The notes below the pieces were generated by a model. That model was not told where the DNA came from, did not search any database, and was given only the letters and a program-made list of their open reading frames with translations. Shown here in pieces: positions 50,401-61,039 of a stretch of DNA of 64,000 bases. The stretch is taken from the NCBI GenBank assembly GCA_965153285.1, contig OZ229123.1. One strand, given 5' to 3'. This DNA comes from Podarcis tiliguerta. Lineage: Eukaryota. Position numbers and translations under genes: made by a program. The stretch's first letter is position 1. The number at the start of each line of letters is the position of its first letter.

Positions 50401-53400
50401 TGCTTTTAAAATGTTACACAGAGAATGAAGCCTATTGTTGCATATTAAGTATTAAATGACAAAAGCAAGCAGCCAGAGCTCAAGGAATCCAGCATCGCAA
50501 CTGTTCTAGGGAGCTTTCCAAGACTATGCCTGAAAAATATTTTTAGCTTTTAACATACAAAACTGCATTTCTAGAGTATCCACCCTGTTACAACTGGATT
50601 TCCTCAATTTCCAATGGAAAGTAGTGGTAAGGAAAACTATACTTAACCAGTTCTGAACTCAGAAACACCTTTACAAAAGCTACATTTAGACAGGCTTACA
50701 CACTGCAGTTTGTATCTTAGCAACAGAAGACTGCATTTTCATATTCTCTTCATAAGCTTAAAATAGAAACCTATCCCTTAAGAATGTTTGTTGAGAGAAG
50801 GTTATTCTAATAACGATAAAGAATGGACGGTTGTCAAAACCAATCCTGCGTTTATATGCTCTAAGGACTCTAAGTTATTCTTTAATCACATTTTTGACAG
50901 CAGATGCCAAAGCAGAACTGTACACAAGACTTTCTACCATACTTTTTCTTCAGTTCTCTAAGCTACTTTGTATGCTATTACATACAAATATTTTCAAAAA
51001 GGTTTTTTTAAAAAAATCCTTCCCGGTTCCATGCTTGGCCAGAATGCTCAGAACAGCTATTCTGTACTCCTTTGCCTTGCACTGGGATTCAAAATCCAAA
51101 AGGTCCCAGGTTCTCTACACCTCCAGCATCTCTAAGTAGGGTTGGGAGGGACCCCTGTCTGAAACCGTAGAAAGCTGCTGCCATGCACTGTAGACAATAC
51201 TGAATTAATTGACCAGTTGTCTAACTCAGGATAAGAAAAGAGGTCGACAACAACAAAAGATAACCTATTGCCAAGTACTGTATTCCCCTGCAGCAGCAGA
51301 CAAGGACCAGGTACACCTTCCAAGATTACCTTCCGAACCCTATTCTGGCCTTCGTAGACACAATGCTGAGCAATTCTGGAAAACTGGGGTCTTTCCTAGC
51401 TTGCCATGGCTCAAACTGTTCCTTCTTATCCACTTTTCTTATCTGTAAAATGGGAATCTCAGCCATGCTGCAATTCTACCCGCAATTCCAGATGTATTCA
51501 ACTCTGAATCCCATGTGCACTGCCAGACATTTACAAAAAGGATGTGTTTTAATTCCATCAGTGCATAATTCAAAATAAAAGGTTCTCTGAAAGAGGAAGC
51601 AAGAAGATTTGGGGGGAAAATTATAATTTCTATATTCCAGTGGGCTGGGTTCCCAGTGAGCTCTTTAGAATACAAAAGAAACTCATTTTTTTTTTTTTTC
51701 AGCTGCTATTTCTAAAGAGTAGTGAAGCAGTGTTAAAAACTGAGATATGAAAGCTAGGAGCTAAATGGCACCTTCAACCTAGATTACGGGCGCAACAATG
51801 GAATGTCTGGACACGCTTTTTTATAACCAGAATACAAAACTGAAAATGAATGAACTGCAGCTAAAATATTATGTTCATTTTTCACATGGTCTAGTCATTC
51901 CCCTGCCCACCCCCACCCCAATATTCTTAAGAGGGTCTCTTCTCCAGTCTTCAGAGAGTAGCTGGAAGCAGGGAGGCAGAAAAAGATCCTCCTTTCCTTC
52001 CACTACTCTGTAGTTTTAATTTGAAATCGTAGGCGCAGTTCAGTACCCAGAGCTCAGTAACTGCTCGTGCTAATTCCCTGTCACAAAATGTGCCTAGAGC
52101 AATGGGAGTTTGTGAACACTGTAGTGAAGTACTCCCTGCACCCCCAAGCACTGGAACTAATGAATTCAACCTTGGTTCTGTTGGAGCATGTGCTTGGAAA
52201 TGGGATATTTTTAAAAGCTGTAACATTATGAGCACAAGCTGTTAACCTCATTTGTCTTCAATCAGCAGCTCAAAACAGAATATTGATTGCAACAATACAT
52301 GAGAGGTAAATATGGCAAATCCTGACCAAATGCTAAACCACATGAAACACTTAAGGCCAAGGGAAACAAGCATTTTCGCTGAAGCTCTAATGCAACGCAC
52401 AGCCCCAAACGACTAGTCTCTCTCTGTCTCTGAGGCTGCCTAGAAGGGCACCAATGGCAAAAGGGGGGCAGTCAAGAGAAGAGAGTGTGCTGTTAAGAGT
52501 GGATGGTGGGCAGCACGTGGGGCCAGTCTCTCTGTGTGTCCGCACACCTGTTAGTTGCCCTCCCCATCCCCTTCCTCTCCCTTCAGCCCAACTGCCGTTT
52601 TCTCCTCACGCCACCTTCAACCTCAATAAACCTATTTTCGCGCGGCATCATATACACCACAGAGCTCAACAATTTGGGGGCTGTTTTACTTTTTGAAATA
52701 TGGCAAGCCTAGGTTAAGTCCAGTCAAAGGCAACTATGGGTAGCGGTCTAAACCACTGAGGCTCTTGGGCTTGCCAATCAGAAGGTTGACGGTTCGAATC
52801 CCCGCGACGGGGTGAGCTCCCGTTGCTCTGTCCCAGCTCCTGCCAACCTAGCAGTTTGAAAACACGCCAGTGCAAGTAGATAAATAGATACTGCTGTGTC
52901 AGGAAGGTAAATAGTGTTTCTGTGCGCCAGAAGCGGTTTAGTCATGCTGGCCACATGACCCAGAAAGCTGTCTGCGGACAAATGCTGGCTCCCTCAGCCT
53001 GAAGCTAAATGAGCGCTGCTCCCCATAGTCACCTTTGACTGGACTTAACCGTCTAGGGGTCCTTTACCTTTTTATCTATATACAAAGATGTGAGCTTGCT
53101 TTATGCTGGGTAATCTCATTTATATTAGGTCTAATTTAAGACAAACAAATTTTCATCTCCTCATCAACACAAATAAGCCTTTCTCTTTTCTGGTCTTCCA
53201 TAGTTGTCAAACTTGAAAATCCTTGTTCACAACAATATATTGTGCAGAACTGCAGAAGAATAGGCACGGGTGTGAGGCACGGGTACTACTTCTGGTTGAA
53301 TATATATATATATAAATTATTTTGACACTGTACTATACTATATTACAATGAAATGTTTAAATGTTTCTTTGATTGCCCTTGAATCTTCCTGCCATCCTCT

Positions 53401-56400
53401 CCTGCCTGCCACACCAGTGTGTGGTTGCGCTGTCACACCCTTTAAGAACCACTGATCTAACATATTTGATGTGTGCATGGTAATCATTTACAACCTAATC
53501 TAACCACATTTTCTGCCTCATGCTACAATCTCTCTCAGATCCTGAAATAAATTTTACAGCACTTTTCAGCAGAGTAGTTCACAACTCTGGCTTATTTTCA
53601 GATGAAGCCTAAACTATAAATAAGGAAGTCACACTCTGTTTTAGTAGGGCCAGCTCAGCATGCTTTGCAGCTAGATGAGAATTTATCCAAATCTGATATT
53701 CTAGCCCCTGTACTTGTTAGGTTCTCACCTTGAGTCATTCTGATAGGTAGCAAACAATTCCACAAGCTTAGACTACCTGCCAGTGTGAGGTTTCTTAACA
53801 TAGCTTGAAATATAGATTTAGGTGTTCTTGAATCAGCCAGCCTTCTCTGAACAAGTCTGCATAAATTGGCATGATTTATTCTGATAAAAATAATGGTATT
53901 CAAAATGAGAAGCAGACAAGGATGGGGGGGGGGAGAGAAAGGGTAGGCCTGATGCACTGTGTTTTTACAAACACATAATATCTTCCTTTTAAGCAATGGA
54001 GCAAAGGTTGCTTTTTTTAAAGGAGAGACCCAAGTTTACTTAGAAGTGACGTGGAAGCGGGGTGGGGGGTGTACGCACACTAATCTTCAACTAGAGAATC
54101 ACGATCTGATCCAAGGTAGGTCACAACACGAACACTACCATCATGCAAACATATGATAAAATAATTTTTAAAAGGGCCCCCAAATGAATGTTGGGGTTAA
54201 AAGTGGGTTTGAAAAGATTGAAGATACCTGTCTTATTACATTCTTCTTTTCCTCTCTCCACACCCCCGTGAACTCAAGGGTTTCAGGCACAAACCAGACT
54301 TGCATATGCTTAGCTTTAGCAAGGTAGCCACAGAATGTGCCTTCTGGCCACCCCCCTGGGATACTCAAGTAGTCAGATCAGGTCAAAATAAATCAAGAGT
54401 ACATCCAGCTTTAGTGGAGTGCCCTCCACTAAAGAAAGGTGCTAAAGTCAGCCTGGCCAGATTTGAGAAGATTGAGGGAATCAGGTTTCTTACGCAGGCA
54501 TACGAGCATATCACAGCACAGGTAATTAGTTGTTAGGGCAGTGCTTTGACAAGTACTCAAATGTTCTGGGTCAAGTTCTTAATTGACAATCACACCAGGG
54601 GACGTAAACTGAACCCAGCTCTCTTCTGGGGTTTCTTGGGATAGTTAGAACAGCATTCTTCACACTGCTCCTGGCAAATACAGCACACTCAAAAGGTTAT
54701 CCAGCCAGCTAATAGAAAACAAATATTAACAGGCATTAAAGACATCCTTCACCACCTCCACTTCGGCATATTTCCCCAGTTGACACATGCCAGAGCCCAA
54801 CTACCTTTCTAAATCAGTGGCAAACAACATAGAACTTGAAAAAGAAAGACATAATAGACTTCCTACCAGAAAGATCAATGACAAAGTGGGGACCGAAAAC
54901 AAAGAATTGCATGGAGTTTGTATTAAATTACTTGGACAAGAAGGAAAGCTGTCTTTGATAGCAGAGAGGAGAAATACTGAAATAACAGACTCCAGTGGTT
55001 TTAGATGTGTGTCAGAGTGAAGCTGTAATGGAGAAGAGCAGTGCCCTCTCATTACACACAGTACACAAAATACACCCAATATGTTTCCTCAGTTCAGTCT
55101 GCTTGTTCCACTATTTCTCCCTATGTAGATTCTTAAGCTACATTTGAGGAAGTGGGTGGAAGATACACATCCGTCACTTCAATAGTCAGACATGTTCAGT
55201 GAGAAAAAGCCTGAAGAAAAAAGCTGAGCACCTGCCTGTGATGAAAACGTCAAATCTGGTTTTGCGCACACATTTTAATCAGGGGCCCATCAATTTTGAC
55301 TGGCCTTGGTAGCTGGCCACATTTCTGCTTGCCCTGATCCTGCACCCCCTGAAGTGGCTTGTATGGCAGCTGCTCAAGGTCCATTGCAAGTTGTGGGGAG
55401 GGAAGGAGCAGGGTTCTTCCTTCTTCCACAATGCTGAACTGCAAAAAGGTGACAGTTCATGCCCGTTGTGCTGAGTATAGACATTCCAGCAATCAGAGAA
55501 AAGTCTCGCGGCTCTCAAAGTATTTGCAAGGCTTAGGAAATCGCCAGAGAGATTCTCCATCCTTCTCGGTACAGTAGTGGTATAGGAATTCTCCTTAATA
55601 TTGCCCTCACCAGGTTACCTTGACTACAGTGTTAGAAACTGGGATAGAAAAGCTAGGAGCCAAATGGCTCATGGGACTTGGGTTGTGGGTGCCAAAACAG
55701 AACGTTTAGTTGCCATTGGGGGGGGGGGGGTCAGTAACACTTTCTTTTTATTTATTCTGATAAGCATGAACTACTACACAATTCACATAAGTGGCACATT
55801 GTTAATATCACATTTTTAACAGAAATTATTAATACGTGTTTAATTTGGTGTTTACAATAAAAATACTGGTATCATACTTCAGTTTTCAAAACACTCTACT
55901 CTTTATTGTTTAAAATACTGTCTATCTTTAACATATACTTCAGGGCTTCAAAGCACATATATTTCAGTCAGCCAGGTGCAAAAAAATGGCACCCAGACCT
56001 TTTGAAGTGCTCGCAAATGGAGAATCTTTAGGCACGAAATGCTCCTGGCGTCCTGCTAATTTCGAACCCTGCTCGTCTAATAGGTGAATGCGTTTGTGGA
56101 CCTTCAATGTTAACAATTGTTACAGGGGAAAGTGGCATGAGAAGCAGGAAATAACTTGGGTATGACTTATGGGAAGAAGTGATTGCTCTCCTGCACATGA
56201 GCCTCTTCAATAACTTATCCCACACCCAAGACCTTTTCGTCCCCTGCATTCAACAGAAACTTTTGAGTGGCACATGCTTATAAAGGTGAGACATAAAATT
56301 TCATTATAAATAAATAACTTTAATTAAAACTTTTAGAGTTAGGGTACCACAGGTGTTAAGCATACAATGAACTATACACAAAGAAGTCATCAATTCTAGT

Positions 56401-59374
56401 CTCATCTCTGCTATGAACCTTATGGGTGTCTTTAAGCAACCTATTAACCTTTTATCCCTGCTTCCTCTCCACCACTGCAATGTGAGGATAAGAATATTGA
56501 CCTATATATAAGGATTATTGCGATAACATGGTCTAATGAGGCACAGGTTAAAAATTCCTCTCTGTCATGAAATTCAGTGGGGGACTCGGAGAGTCTTTAT
56601 CTCACATCCTAACCTGAGAGGGCTGTTGTAAACTGGGATAATCCTTTTGTACACCACCCTAGGCTTCTGCAATAATGTAAGCACTCTAAATACCCTGCTC
56701 AGTGCTCTGCAAATGCTATTGTTGCCATCAACAATATCAGGATTTCACAATTCCGCTTGCCATGGCAAGCACTCTGCTGCCCTCTGATGAGCCCCCAAGC
56801 TTCCTCCCAACCTTGGAAATGGAGAGAGGGACTGGAAACATTCCCACAGTTGTGCTCACCTTCTAGTGATAATTCTCCCTCCATCTCCCTCCCCAAAGTT
56901 GATAGCATACCTGGCACTTGGGTTTTGGTACTGCACCTTCAAAGGCATACCACCCTCTTCATGGTGCATTCAGATGCACCATGTGAGGTCAGCGACAAGA
57001 CCATACCCCTAATGTGAGAGTCCTGAAGACCAAAAACTTTTGGTTGGCTACCAAGACCAGTCAAAGTTTGTGGACCCCCAATTGTCACCACCATCATCAA
57101 AACACTACCTGTGCCAGCAAGTGTTTTAAGCATACATGCTTCTTTCCTATGGAAGATGGTTCTAACCAGTGGCCTTTATAGCAGCAAAAAGCTCTTTGGT
57201 CAATGATCAAAACAGCACTCTGCTGCAGAATTATACTAAAGACACAGCATGCTCCTCCTCTCACTTACAACTTGGAGAAAAGAATTCAATAGATCAAGCC
57301 AGTATGACTCAAATTGCTCAAAGAGAACAGGAAATAAAGCAGCAATGAACAATTCTAGCTTTGAGTCTCATGCATAGAAGTGCAATGATTAAGCCATCCA
57401 ATTTATGTAAGAGTGGGGTGTGTTTGGTGGAGGAATGTCCGTGTATACATGGACTTTTCTCTTGGATAGAATGCTTAAATAAGAAGGAGAATTATATGAC
57501 TGTAAACATTCAAGGCACCCAGTAATCCAAAGGCACCTAAACATTTGAGGCCAGGTCTGAAGAAATCATTGAAAAATGTGTCATCCATTTTTCAAATGAC
57601 ACACAATAGCATCATTTGCTGCAGAGCCTCTCCAACTCTTATTACTACATCCATGCCTCTACTAGCTAATATGAAGGGTTGGTTGGTTACTTGCTTGCAT
57701 TTTTAAAATTCTTTTGACACAAATTTTTCTCATCCGCTTAACAGATTGGGATGGCCTGGCCTCAACTGTTCATGTTCTGGTGACCTCCCACCTGGAGGAC
57801 CACTACAATTTGTTTTACTATCTTCGCAGTCCAGAGACTACAGCTAGTGAAGAATGTGGCTGCTATACTGTTAAGTGGGGTAGATCCTTAGAGCACTGCA
57901 CTGTCCATCAGTGAACGACTGGGCGCAATTCAACATATTAGTACTAGCAAACAAGGCCCTAAATGGCTCAGGACCCAAGAAAAAAGAGTTTAGTTTCCAG
58001 TATCAACCACCTTGGGCCTTAGGGCCACCAGAGGAGGCCACATTAGTGGTGATCCATGTAATGGCGTTCTTGGAGGTGGTTCCACATTTTTTGAGGTTTT
58101 AACTGTATTGCTTTAGTATTGACATGTTTGCTGCCCTGGGCTCCTTTGAATGGGCAGAAGATACTTTTAATGAACAAATGAGCATTTCAATTTACCCATA
58201 CCCAACTGACTGTACAACCATGTGGTGGCCAAGGTAGAACACACCACAGCAATGCAAATTTATAGACCTCACAAACTCAACATTTACTATTCTTTGTGTA
58301 AGTATCTCTAGAGACGCACAAAGGCAGCATGGAAAGCTTAGTTTCCATAGGCAAACTTGGCCCTCCAGATGTTTTGGGACTATAACTCCCATCATCCCTG
58401 ACCACTGATCCTGTTAGCTAGGGATGATAGGAGTTGTAGTCCCAAAACATTTGGAGGGCCGAGTTTGCCTATGTCTGGCTTAGTTAGTCATACCACCTAC
58501 ATGCCAACTTTAGTGGCAAGATGCTTGAAAGCTGTATTCTTGAGTATATGAGGCATTGTACATTTACCTAGGACAGATTCCAGTCAGATGCTAAATTGAA
58601 AACCATGAAAATCAAAACATGGATTTTCAGTCTGCAACATATAAAACTTCCCAAACCCTTGTCTCCAAACAAGTCAATACAACTGCAAGATTACAGGTCT
58701 TAAGACTGCAGTTTAGTTAGCGCATCCATTTCCACATGTCAACCCTTTATTTCATTTCCAGAAGGGTTTCTGCAGCTCTGCAGATGCATGAACTGGTATT
58801 CCTCCTTAAGGCCCTGGCTCTGCATGAAGCACTCTTCCTTGATGACAACCAGCTACCTATGACAGCTGACAGGGAATAATATTAGAACCCAAAGTTGCAA
58901 AGTTCACCAGCGTCCAATATGCTTTGTTAGCACACTATTAGGCTCTGAAGCCAGCCCTTTGAAACACGACTTAACTGCAGGTACCCAGGTACCTTCCAAC
59001 AACAGCATCTTACTGGAATACTTTTAAATTCCTTTAACATACTTGGAAAGACATCCATCAGCAAAGCATCCACTAATTGTTACTAAGACTGATGGCTAAG
59101 ATGAGATAACATGCAACCTTAGGCAAATCTATCTCTAGGCCTAAGCACCACACCCTCCAAATCTTTACAATGAGGATACCACTTTCTTTAAAAAAAGAAT
59201 TGAGACAAAATGTTCTGAACACTTGAAATGCACAATATATTCTAAGCATTATTATACTTCCAAGATACACATATGACAGTACAGCACATATAGCAGTGTA
59301 TCACACATAACAAGATATCACACATGATCACACTATCAGAAACAGCCCAATAGACTAAATTTAAAACTTACCAT
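17394..59374 (-). CDS. XPO6: Exportin-6, actin/profilin nuclear export receptor (spliced, 24 coding exons, 1125 aa)
   Basis: 24 phase-consistent GT-AG exons sum to 3378 nt (1125 aa plus stop); M|ASEEASLRALESLMTEFF...LCNDSLPPGTVKL*, recognisable exportin-6 sequence. Confidence 0.97.
17770..17960 (-). mobile_element. tRNA-derived squamate SINE (degenerate)
   Basis: Reverse complement resembles the 14920-15080 element (gctcagtactgtctgcactgg...gctttccagggtttcagg). Confidence 0.55.
18306..18536 (-). CDS. XPO6: XPO6 exon 23
   Basis: KIFRTAMIFQFVNVLLQVLVHKSHDLLQEEI...GRNFKMDR; 231 nt. Confidence 0.95.
19357..19455 (-). CDS. XPO6: XPO6 exon 22
   Basis: AFGQSFLQPDIHLFKQNLFYLETLNTKQKLYHK; 99 nt. Confidence 0.95.
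20295..20529 (+). mobile_element. 5'-truncated Sauria SINE with 14-bp TSD
   Basis: Body matches the reverse complement of the 4903 copy; tail acctttacctttacct; taaagcagatgcta at 20295-20308 and 20516-20529. Confidence 0.92.
20932..21093 (-). CDS. XPO6: XPO6 exon 21
   Basis: RSSPDVKAELFELLFRVLHHNWRYFFKS...QFSAIMQ; 162 nt; AAG acceptor. Confidence 0.95.
21718..21889 (-). CDS. XPO6: XPO6 exon 20
   Basis: EQLAESILHDGSTGCRVVEKFL...EQVYPIVAE; 172 nt. Confidence 0.95.
22113..22227 (-). CDS. XPO6: XPO6 exon 19
   Basis: VTDEMLSFFLTLFQGLRVQMGVPFTEQVIQTFLNMFT; 115 nt. Confidence 0.95.
22483..22724. mobile_element. Tc1/mariner-type MITE, copy 1
   Basis: TIR CAGTGGTACCTCGGGTTA...TAACCCGAGGTACCACTG; TA target duplication; internal taacctgaag repeats. 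Confidence 0.92.
24369..24626. mobile_element. Tc1/mariner-type MITE, copy 2
   Basis: Same TIRs, TA TSD and body as 22483-22724. Confidence 0.92.
24845..25000 (-). CDS. XPO6: XPO6 exon 18
   Basis: KTVIHQTLSVLEDIVESISGEATKSRQ...FPAFIHQS; 156 nt. Confidence 0.95.
26267..26456 (-). CDS. XPO6: XPO6 exon 17
   Basis: AQILVCRALSNILLLPWPNLPE...RKIQQDD; 190 nt. Confidence 0.95.
26720..26909 (-). mobile_element. tRNA-derived SINE (Squam3-like)
   Basis: Minus head agccagtgtggtgtagtggttaagagcgg...ccgggttcgcttccc carries A- and B-box-like motifs, followed by ctgggtgatcttgggc. Confidence 0.8.
27077..27170 (-). mobile_element. LINE (probably L2-type) 3' end with (AAT)n tail
   Basis: (aat)n then ttatttgtaccccgcccatctggctgggtttccccagccactctgggcggcttcca. 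Confidence 0.6.
27225..27371 (-). CDS. XPO6: XPO6 exon 16
   Basis: VQEKLLLSSCHLLVSLATTVRPVFLISIPAVQ...RLPDK; 147 nt. Confidence 0.95.
28148..28292 (-). CDS. XPO6: XPO6 exon 15
   Basis: HAQSLAALQAYCHWLAQFY...ITPLISSK; 145 nt. Confidence 0.95.
28433..28522. mobile_element. Short palindromic MITE (internally deleted)
   Basis: Inverted ends cagcctttctcaacctgg / ccaaggctgagaaaggctg; core gactacaactcccatcatccctgacc shared with the 47337 and 58344 copies. Confidence 0.75.
29097..29189 (-). CDS. XPO6: XPO6 exon 14
   Basis: LVKVTLYGSQIKLYNIETAVPSVLKPDLID; 93 nt. Confidence 0.93.
29410..29900 (-). mobile_element. L1-like LINE ORF2 C-terminal fragment plus 3' UTR
   Basis: LFMYATAVARMLLAQKWKEAEVPAKEEWVQKLMEYAEMAKLT...WNWFIEYL resembles the non-mammalian L1 ORF2 C-terminus. 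Confidence 0.8.
30969..31128 (-). CDS. XPO6: XPO6 exon 13
   Basis: HRLNITAENDCRRLHCSLRDLSSLLQAVGRLAEYF...TVVE; 160 nt. Confidence 0.95.
32955..33024 (-). CDS. XPO6: XPO6 exon 12
   Basis: FPVLQENLDVYLGLQQFIVNSGT; 70 nt. Confidence 0.93.
35439..35531 (-). CDS. XPO6: XPO6 exon 11
   Basis: QQTEWQRYLRQSLEVVAKVMELLPTHAFSTL; 93 nt. Confidence 0.95.
35972..36080 (-). CDS. XPO6: XPO6 exon 10
   Basis: YEDALVLLLTEVLNRIQFRYNQAQLEELDDETLDDD; 109 nt. Confidence 0.95.
36998..37027. repeat. (CA)n microsatellite
   Basis: cacacacacatacacacacacacacac. Confidence 0.9.
39201..39310 (-). CDS. XPO6: XPO6 exon 9
   Basis: PTHEGYFSCLDIWTLFLDYLTSKIKSRLADKEAVLN; 110 nt. Confidence 0.95.
40268..40394 (-). CDS. XPO6: XPO6 exon 8
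   Basis: YIEKFTDFLRLFVSVHLRRIESYSQFPVVEFLALLFKYTFHQ; 127 nt. Confidence 0.95.
42228..42440. mobile_element. Palindromic MITE family member (other copies about 18010-18120, 39440-39620, 49970-50334, 60680-60820)
   Basis: Inverted arms catacatttaa..cacat / atgtgcattaaatatatagtgtgg and shared core gaatcctgggaactgtagtttgttaagg across copies. Confidence 0.7.
43005..43458 (-). CDS. XPO6: XPO6 exon 7
   Basis: DLLSSLLQSPSTAKLLNQPIP...KSRLEELDE; 454 nt. Confidence 0.95.
44915..44992 (-). CDS. XPO6: XPO6 exon 6
   Basis: ILESIWDKYSVTAATPPPSPTSGES; 78 nt. Confidence 0.93.
45307..45466 (-). CDS. XPO6: XPO6 exon 5
   Basis: LIQSPATTPLGLIMLKTTSEELACPREDL...VLGLLT; 160 nt. Confidence 0.95.
46513..46710 (-). 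CDS. XPO6: XPO6 exon 4
   Basis: NLINKMWLGVPSQDKMEIR...FFTNILQ; 198 nt. Confidence 0.95.
47337..47467. mobile_element. Short palindromic MITE
   Basis: gtccccagatgttactggactata...ttatagtccaataccatctggggac inverted arms. Confidence 0.7.
47565..47677 (-). CDS. XPO6: XPO6 exon 3
   Basis: ELLNNFAQQIGAWRFCLYFLSSTRNDYVMMYSLTVFE; 113 nt. Confidence 0.95.
48813..48846. repeat. 16-bp tandem duplication
   Basis: aatactcagaagagta x2. Confidence 0.9.
49481..49571 (-). CDS. XPO6: XPO6 exon 2
   Basis: ASEEASLRALESLMTEFFHNCTTNERKREI; 91 nt. Confidence 0.95.
50002..50166. mobile_element. Tc1/mariner-type MITE nested in another MITE
   Basis: ta|CAGTGGTACCTCAGTTCCCAAAC...GTTTGGGAACCGAGGTAC, interrupting the palindromic MITE at 49970-50334. 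Confidence 0.75.
51080..51240 (+). mobile_element. tRNA-derived squamate SINE (degenerate)
   Basis: aaggtcccaggttct...cagcatctctaagtaggg...tgtctgaaaccgtagaaagctgctgcca...tgtagacaatactga matches the 14920 copy. Confidence 0.6.
52738..53073 (+). mobile_element. Sauria SINE, near full length
   Basis: B-box ggttcgaatccc near 52791; body ctgccaacctagcagtttgaaa; tail ggggtcctttacctttt. Confidence 0.9.
57735..58090 (+). mobile_element. Degenerate L2-like LINE fragment
   Basis: Translation LASTVHVLVTSHLEDHYN resembles the L2 ORF2 motif VHALVTSRLDYCN; downstream FNILVLANKALNGSGP resembles FK.LVL.YKALNGLGP. Confidence 0.65.
58344..58477. mobile_element. hAT-type palindromic MITE with 8-bp TSD
   Basis: Near-perfect arms cataggcaaacttggccctccagatgttttgggactataactcccatcatccct and its complement; gcttagtt at 58336-58343 and 58478-58485. 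Confidence 0.85.
59372..59374 (-). CDS. XPO6: XPO6 exon 1 coding part (ATG only)
   Basis: gccacgATG|gtaagt: Kozak context plus consensus donor; exon 2 begins GCA TCA GAA and lacks its own Met. Confidence 0.85.
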
Positions 59375-59949
59375 CGTGGCTGGGAAGGCGTCTGGGATGA
59401 TTTGGGCTCTTGAGAGCTTGGCTTCTTCCCCTCCCCTAGCTCATGTCATGGTCCAAGAGGTAGCTTCCTAGGAGGACCATCTTCCTCCATTAGGGTAAAA
59501 AAAATTAAAAATGGGAGAGTGGGAAGAAATCACCCACCCTACCCTATCTTTTCGCTCCCTGCCTTTGGTTTCAGGAACCCATCGGAGAGCAGTAGCTAGC
59601 AGAAATATATATTTTCTTTTAAAAACACCCCTAACTTCCCCGTTTTCTAAAAAGAAGGTCTTCAGAGCAGGGTATTTATGCAATGGGTTTAAAAACGAGA
59701 GATCTCCCAGACAGACACTCCAGTGCAAGCAGAGGCCTACACGCCGTGTATTTTCTGGGTGGGAATGAAAAGGAGGATCCTTTCAGAGGGGGGAAGGTCC
59801 GAGGGCCTGTGCTTGGTGCTGCCTATCTCTTGTGGGGGGGGCATTGGGTGCCTCTTGGGAAGGAAGTGGGGCCTTCCTGCCTGGTGGGGCCTGCCTGTCC
59901 CTAGGAACCCAAAGTCGCCCCCTTTCCTAGCCCCCTCCTCCCTTCAGCT

Positions 59950-60420
59950 CACACAGCCCCTGCGCAAGTCACCGCCGAGCCTTCCTCAGAGCGCTCGCCC
60001 TCCTTTATCTCCGGGTGGGTTTTCCTCCTCCTCCCTCCTCCTCCTCCTTCCTCTCAGTCTCCGGGGTTGGGGGAGGGGAACCACCACCACCAACCAACGC
60101 TGCTGCTGCTGCTGACGCCCCGCCCACGGCCCCGCCCACCTCGCGCACGGCCCCGCGACCACAAACTCTTTCTCTTCCCACCCAGCCCGCGCCGACCTCG
60201 GCCTTCCTTCTGTGACGTAACAGGAAGCGACCCGCGAGGGCGGATCCCGACAGGCGCGAGCGCGCGCGGCGGAGCAAGCCCGCGCCACCGACCAATCCCG
60301 GAAGGGCAGGGTGGTGATGCCACGGCGCGCGCGCTCGGCAAAACCCCAAGCAGCCGAGGCGCCGCATACGCGCGTGCGCGTGAGCGAAAAGGTGGAGGCG
60401 AAAGTGGTTTGTCGCCTCCT
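59950..60420 (-). promoter_or_regulatory. CpG island / XPO6 promoter
   Basis: CpG-dense; twin GC boxes 60118-60137; CRE-like TGACGTAA 60213-60220 next to ETS-like CAGGAAG 60221-60227; CCAAT 60292-60296; NRF1-like GCGCGTGCGC 60370-60379. Confidence 0.85.
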
Positions 60421-61039
60421 CCTACTAAAAAATTAACCCTTTTAACCTGCTGCCTTGAGGGTCTTCCTCAGAAACAATAAAGGCGGAGAAAGAGCTTCTT
60501 CCCACCAACCACCAGTCTGCCTTCCTCGCTTATTACTTGCCACCCCCCAACCCAAATGAGATGCCTCTGCTCTGACAGATTTAACTTTCTTAAGTGTTTG
60601 CGTGTGGAGAAATAAACAGGTCTGTGGCGGTAGCCAGTGCTAGTCCTACTCAGAGTAGACCGCTGAACTCCCTGCTAATGAACTTCCCCCAAAGAATCCT
60701 GGTGGGAACGCTAGTTTACCCTTCACTGAGCTACAATTCCCAGTACTCTTAACAAACTACAGATCCCCATATTCTTTGGGAGAAGCCATATACTTTAAAA
60801 GGCATGGTGTGTATGCAACCAAAGGTCTTTATAATCATATTTATTTTGACCCTGAGATAGTATGTGACCTATACTGCCCTGGGAGCTAACATGATTAAAT
60901 GTCCGTCCTTACCAAAACAACCACAACCCCAAAACAAAAAATAATTTTTTACTTTTTTACTACTGACTTCACCTTTACTGTGTCTAGTGTAGAGAGAGAG
61001 AGATAAATCCCCGCTTTCCCTTGTAGTACTAAAACTCAG

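Noticed and set aside
17770-51240. Inverted SINE pair in XPO6 introns 23 and 1 as a circRNA driver
   Set aside because: Copies are short, diverged and 33 kb apart; no direct support
52780-52810. tRNA-like B box (also near 5195 and 26850)
   Set aside because: SINE heads; no complete cloverleaf
59468-60480. Several 65-137 aa ORFs at the XPO6 promoter
   Set aside because: CpG-island artefacts, mostly with non-ATG starts
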